Below, one piece after another: positions 61,452 to 64,000 of a DNA stretch of 64,000 bases. Position 1 is the first letter of the stretch, and each line of letters starts with the position of its first letter. The translations under genes were made by a program, and so were the position numbers. Under the pieces are notes generated by a model. That model was not told the origin of the DNA and made no database searches. It worked only from the letters and a program-made list of their open reading frames with translations. Source of the DNA: Eledone cirrhosa (lineage: Eukaryota); assembly GCA_964016885.1 (NCBI GenBank), contig OZ024745.1:93930001-93994000 (forward strand), read 5' to 3'.

Positions 61452-62834
61452 TGTGTATATATATATGTCAGGTTTGAGTATGTGCATGTGTTAAGATTTT
61501 TTTCGAAGCAATTATGTGTCATTGTTCTACTTCTCTAATGGTTGTCATGTATGTGCACACAGACACACAGACATACGCACACACATATATACATACATAC
61601 AAACACACACACACATATATACTTATATAAAGGTGCAGAGCACTAAAAGTTGATGGAAGCCATGGAATGGGGAGACCTGGGATGAGGTGATAAAAGCGGA
61701 CCTTGCCCAATTGGACCTCTCAACAGCGATGACACAGCACTCTGACCTCTGGCATCAAGCAGTAATACAGAAGACCTGACTTCCCATGGGAACAAACCGA
61801 AGCTGCAAGGTGGTCGTGAAGGTGCCACGGCAAAAAAGCACCCAGCCCACACTGTAAAGTGGTCGTGTAGGCGCCACAAATAAAAAGCACCCAGCATTCA
61901 CTGTAAATGAGGTTGGTGTTAGGAAGGGCATCCAGCTGTAGAAATCAAGCTAAAATCAGTTCCTGTATAAGCAAGACAAGGTCACCCGACCTAACATCGC
62001 CCACAACAGGACAACCTGTCTAACCTATGCTAGCGTGGAAGAATGGATGTAAAATGGAGATGATGATGATATCATCATCATCATCATCATCGTTTAACGT
62101 CCATCTTCCACGCTAGCATGGGTTTGCATGGAAGATATAAATATATATATATCATCATTATCATCACCATTGAACGTCTATTTTCCATGCTAGCATGGGT
62201 TAGACGAGTTGGTCCGTTGTGAGACAAGTCAGATCAGGTGACTGAGTCTTGCTCAAAACAGAACTGTTTCTGGTTTGGTTTCTATGGCTGTATCCCCTTC
62301 CTACTATAAAATATGTGTGTATGTGTGTGTGTGTGTATGTGTGTATGTACAGCTTTCCTAAAGATAGTCATGACATGCAGTATATATGTAACTATGTATG
62401 TTTGTATATTGAGGAGTAAAAGGGGTGAGATTTATTTTTAAGATGGAATAAAGTCATGTAATTGTGTGCTTGTGTCACAAAAGGTTTTCTGCATATACAA
62501 ACACACAAGCTAAAAGTTAAATGTAAATGTCTATTTAAAGTTTATTAATTAAGTATATTTCTGGTATGGAAAAGTGTTTAAACTCGTTAGACCATATGCC
62601 AATGTCATAAAAACAACAGCAAATTATTCGTTAAATAAATTAAAGAATAATAGGAAAATAATTGTTTATGATATTGAAAATACTTAGCCAGTTACGTATT
62701 TGGGGCTGTAATGAGGAATTACATTATACAGTTGCAAGGAATGTTAAATCTTTTTCATAATGATCCAATCTTGGCATCTTCAAATAGAATCAATTTACTG
62801 CTTTCAACATCTGATCAACTGAAATTGAGTGTTC

Positions 62835-63803
62835 AAACTTTCCCAAACTGTTAAAATATTTGATAAATATATATATATTTATATACATACTCCCCCAAAC
62901 TGTTAAGATATTTGATAAATGTATATATATACAAACTCATTCAAATTGTGAAAATATTTGATAAATGTATATATATCTATATACAAACTCCCTCATATTG
63001 TAAAAATATTTGATAAATGTAACGGAGTAGGTAGACCCAGAAAGAGCTGGGATGAGGTGATAAAAGCTGACCTTGCACACTTGCCCCTCTCTAAGACAAT
63101 GTCACAAGATTGAGATCTGGCACTATGCAGTAATATAGAAGACCCGCCTTCCCTTGCGTACAAACTTAAACCTATACTCAGTAGGCACCTCTTAATCCAA
63201 TATACACCTCACACCTCCTACACCTTCCTCCTACTCCTGCCCACACCAGCCTTTCTCTGTCAAGTTATGTTGGTACCACAAAATCACTGTAAAGTGGTCG
63301 TATAGGTGTCCCGACAAAAAGCACACAGTCCACACAGTAAAGTGGTTTGTGTAGGAGACACTGTAAAAAGCACCCAACACACACTGTAAATGTGGTTGCG
63401 TTATGAAGGGCATCCAGTCATAGAAAACAAGCCAGAAACAGTCCTATATGAGCGAGACATGGTCACCCATGCTAGCATGGAAGCTAGACGTCAAACGATG
63501 ATGATGATATCTATATACAAACTCCCTCTAACTGTTAAAATACTTGATAAATGTATATATATTTATATACAAACTCCCTCTAACTGTTAAAATACTTGAT
63601 AAATGTATATATATTTATATACAAATTCCCTCTAACTGTTAAAATACTTGATAAATGTATATATATTTATATACAAACTCCCTCTAACTGTTAAAATACT
63701 TGATAAATGTATATCTATATACAAACTCCCTCTAACTGTTAAAATACTTGATAAATGTATATTTATATACAAACTCCTTCAAACTGGTAAAATATTTGAT
63801 AAA
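62835..63803. repeat. About 52-bp AT-rich tandem repeat split by an RTE/SINE insert (about 63021-63510)
   Basis: ACAAACTCCCTCTAACTGTTAAAATACTTGATAAATGTATATATATTTATAT; period seen at 63521/63573. Confidence 0.85.
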
Positions 63804-64000
63804 CGTCTTTTCAAATCAATTTTATGAATATATATATATTCAGAGATGTATATATCTATATACAAACACATTTATACACTCACATACATACCCTGTACTA
63901 ACAATTTTCTGACAAGTCATCATTTATAATTTTTTATATCCACTTTCCATTCTTTCATGGGTTGGATTGGTAATCACAGTTTGAGTTAGTTCTAATGTCA

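Overview
AT-rich, repeat-dense eukaryotic (animal) genomic DNA. The SINE/RTE/microsatellite repertoire points to an octopus-type cephalopod (inference). One host gene can be rebuilt by hand: an 11-exon SPOUT1/C9orf114 (CENP-32) SPOUT-class methyltransferase on the + strand (CDS 15643-40705, 1185 nt, 394 aa, all introns GT-AG and phase-consistent). Most of the rest is mobile or repetitive DNA: a decayed CRE-clade RLE retrotransposon with an N-terminal PHD finger plus an inverted 3' fragment; a near full-length CR1-like LINE carrying a nested SINE and a nested, internally deleted Gypsy element; a young non-autonomous LTR element (403-bp LTRs, tRNA-Trp PBS); two head-to-head inverted repeats in SPOUT1 introns with minimal hammerhead-ribozyme motifs (Penelope pLTR-like); a 5S rRNA pseudogene abutting a SINE head; piggyBac-, Tc1/pogo- and MULE-type MITEs; many tRNA-derived SINEs; and several satellites (67, 33, 41, 43, 47 and 52 bp). 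Most ORFs in the supplied track are spurious. All alignments were done by eye and repeat boundaries are approximate.
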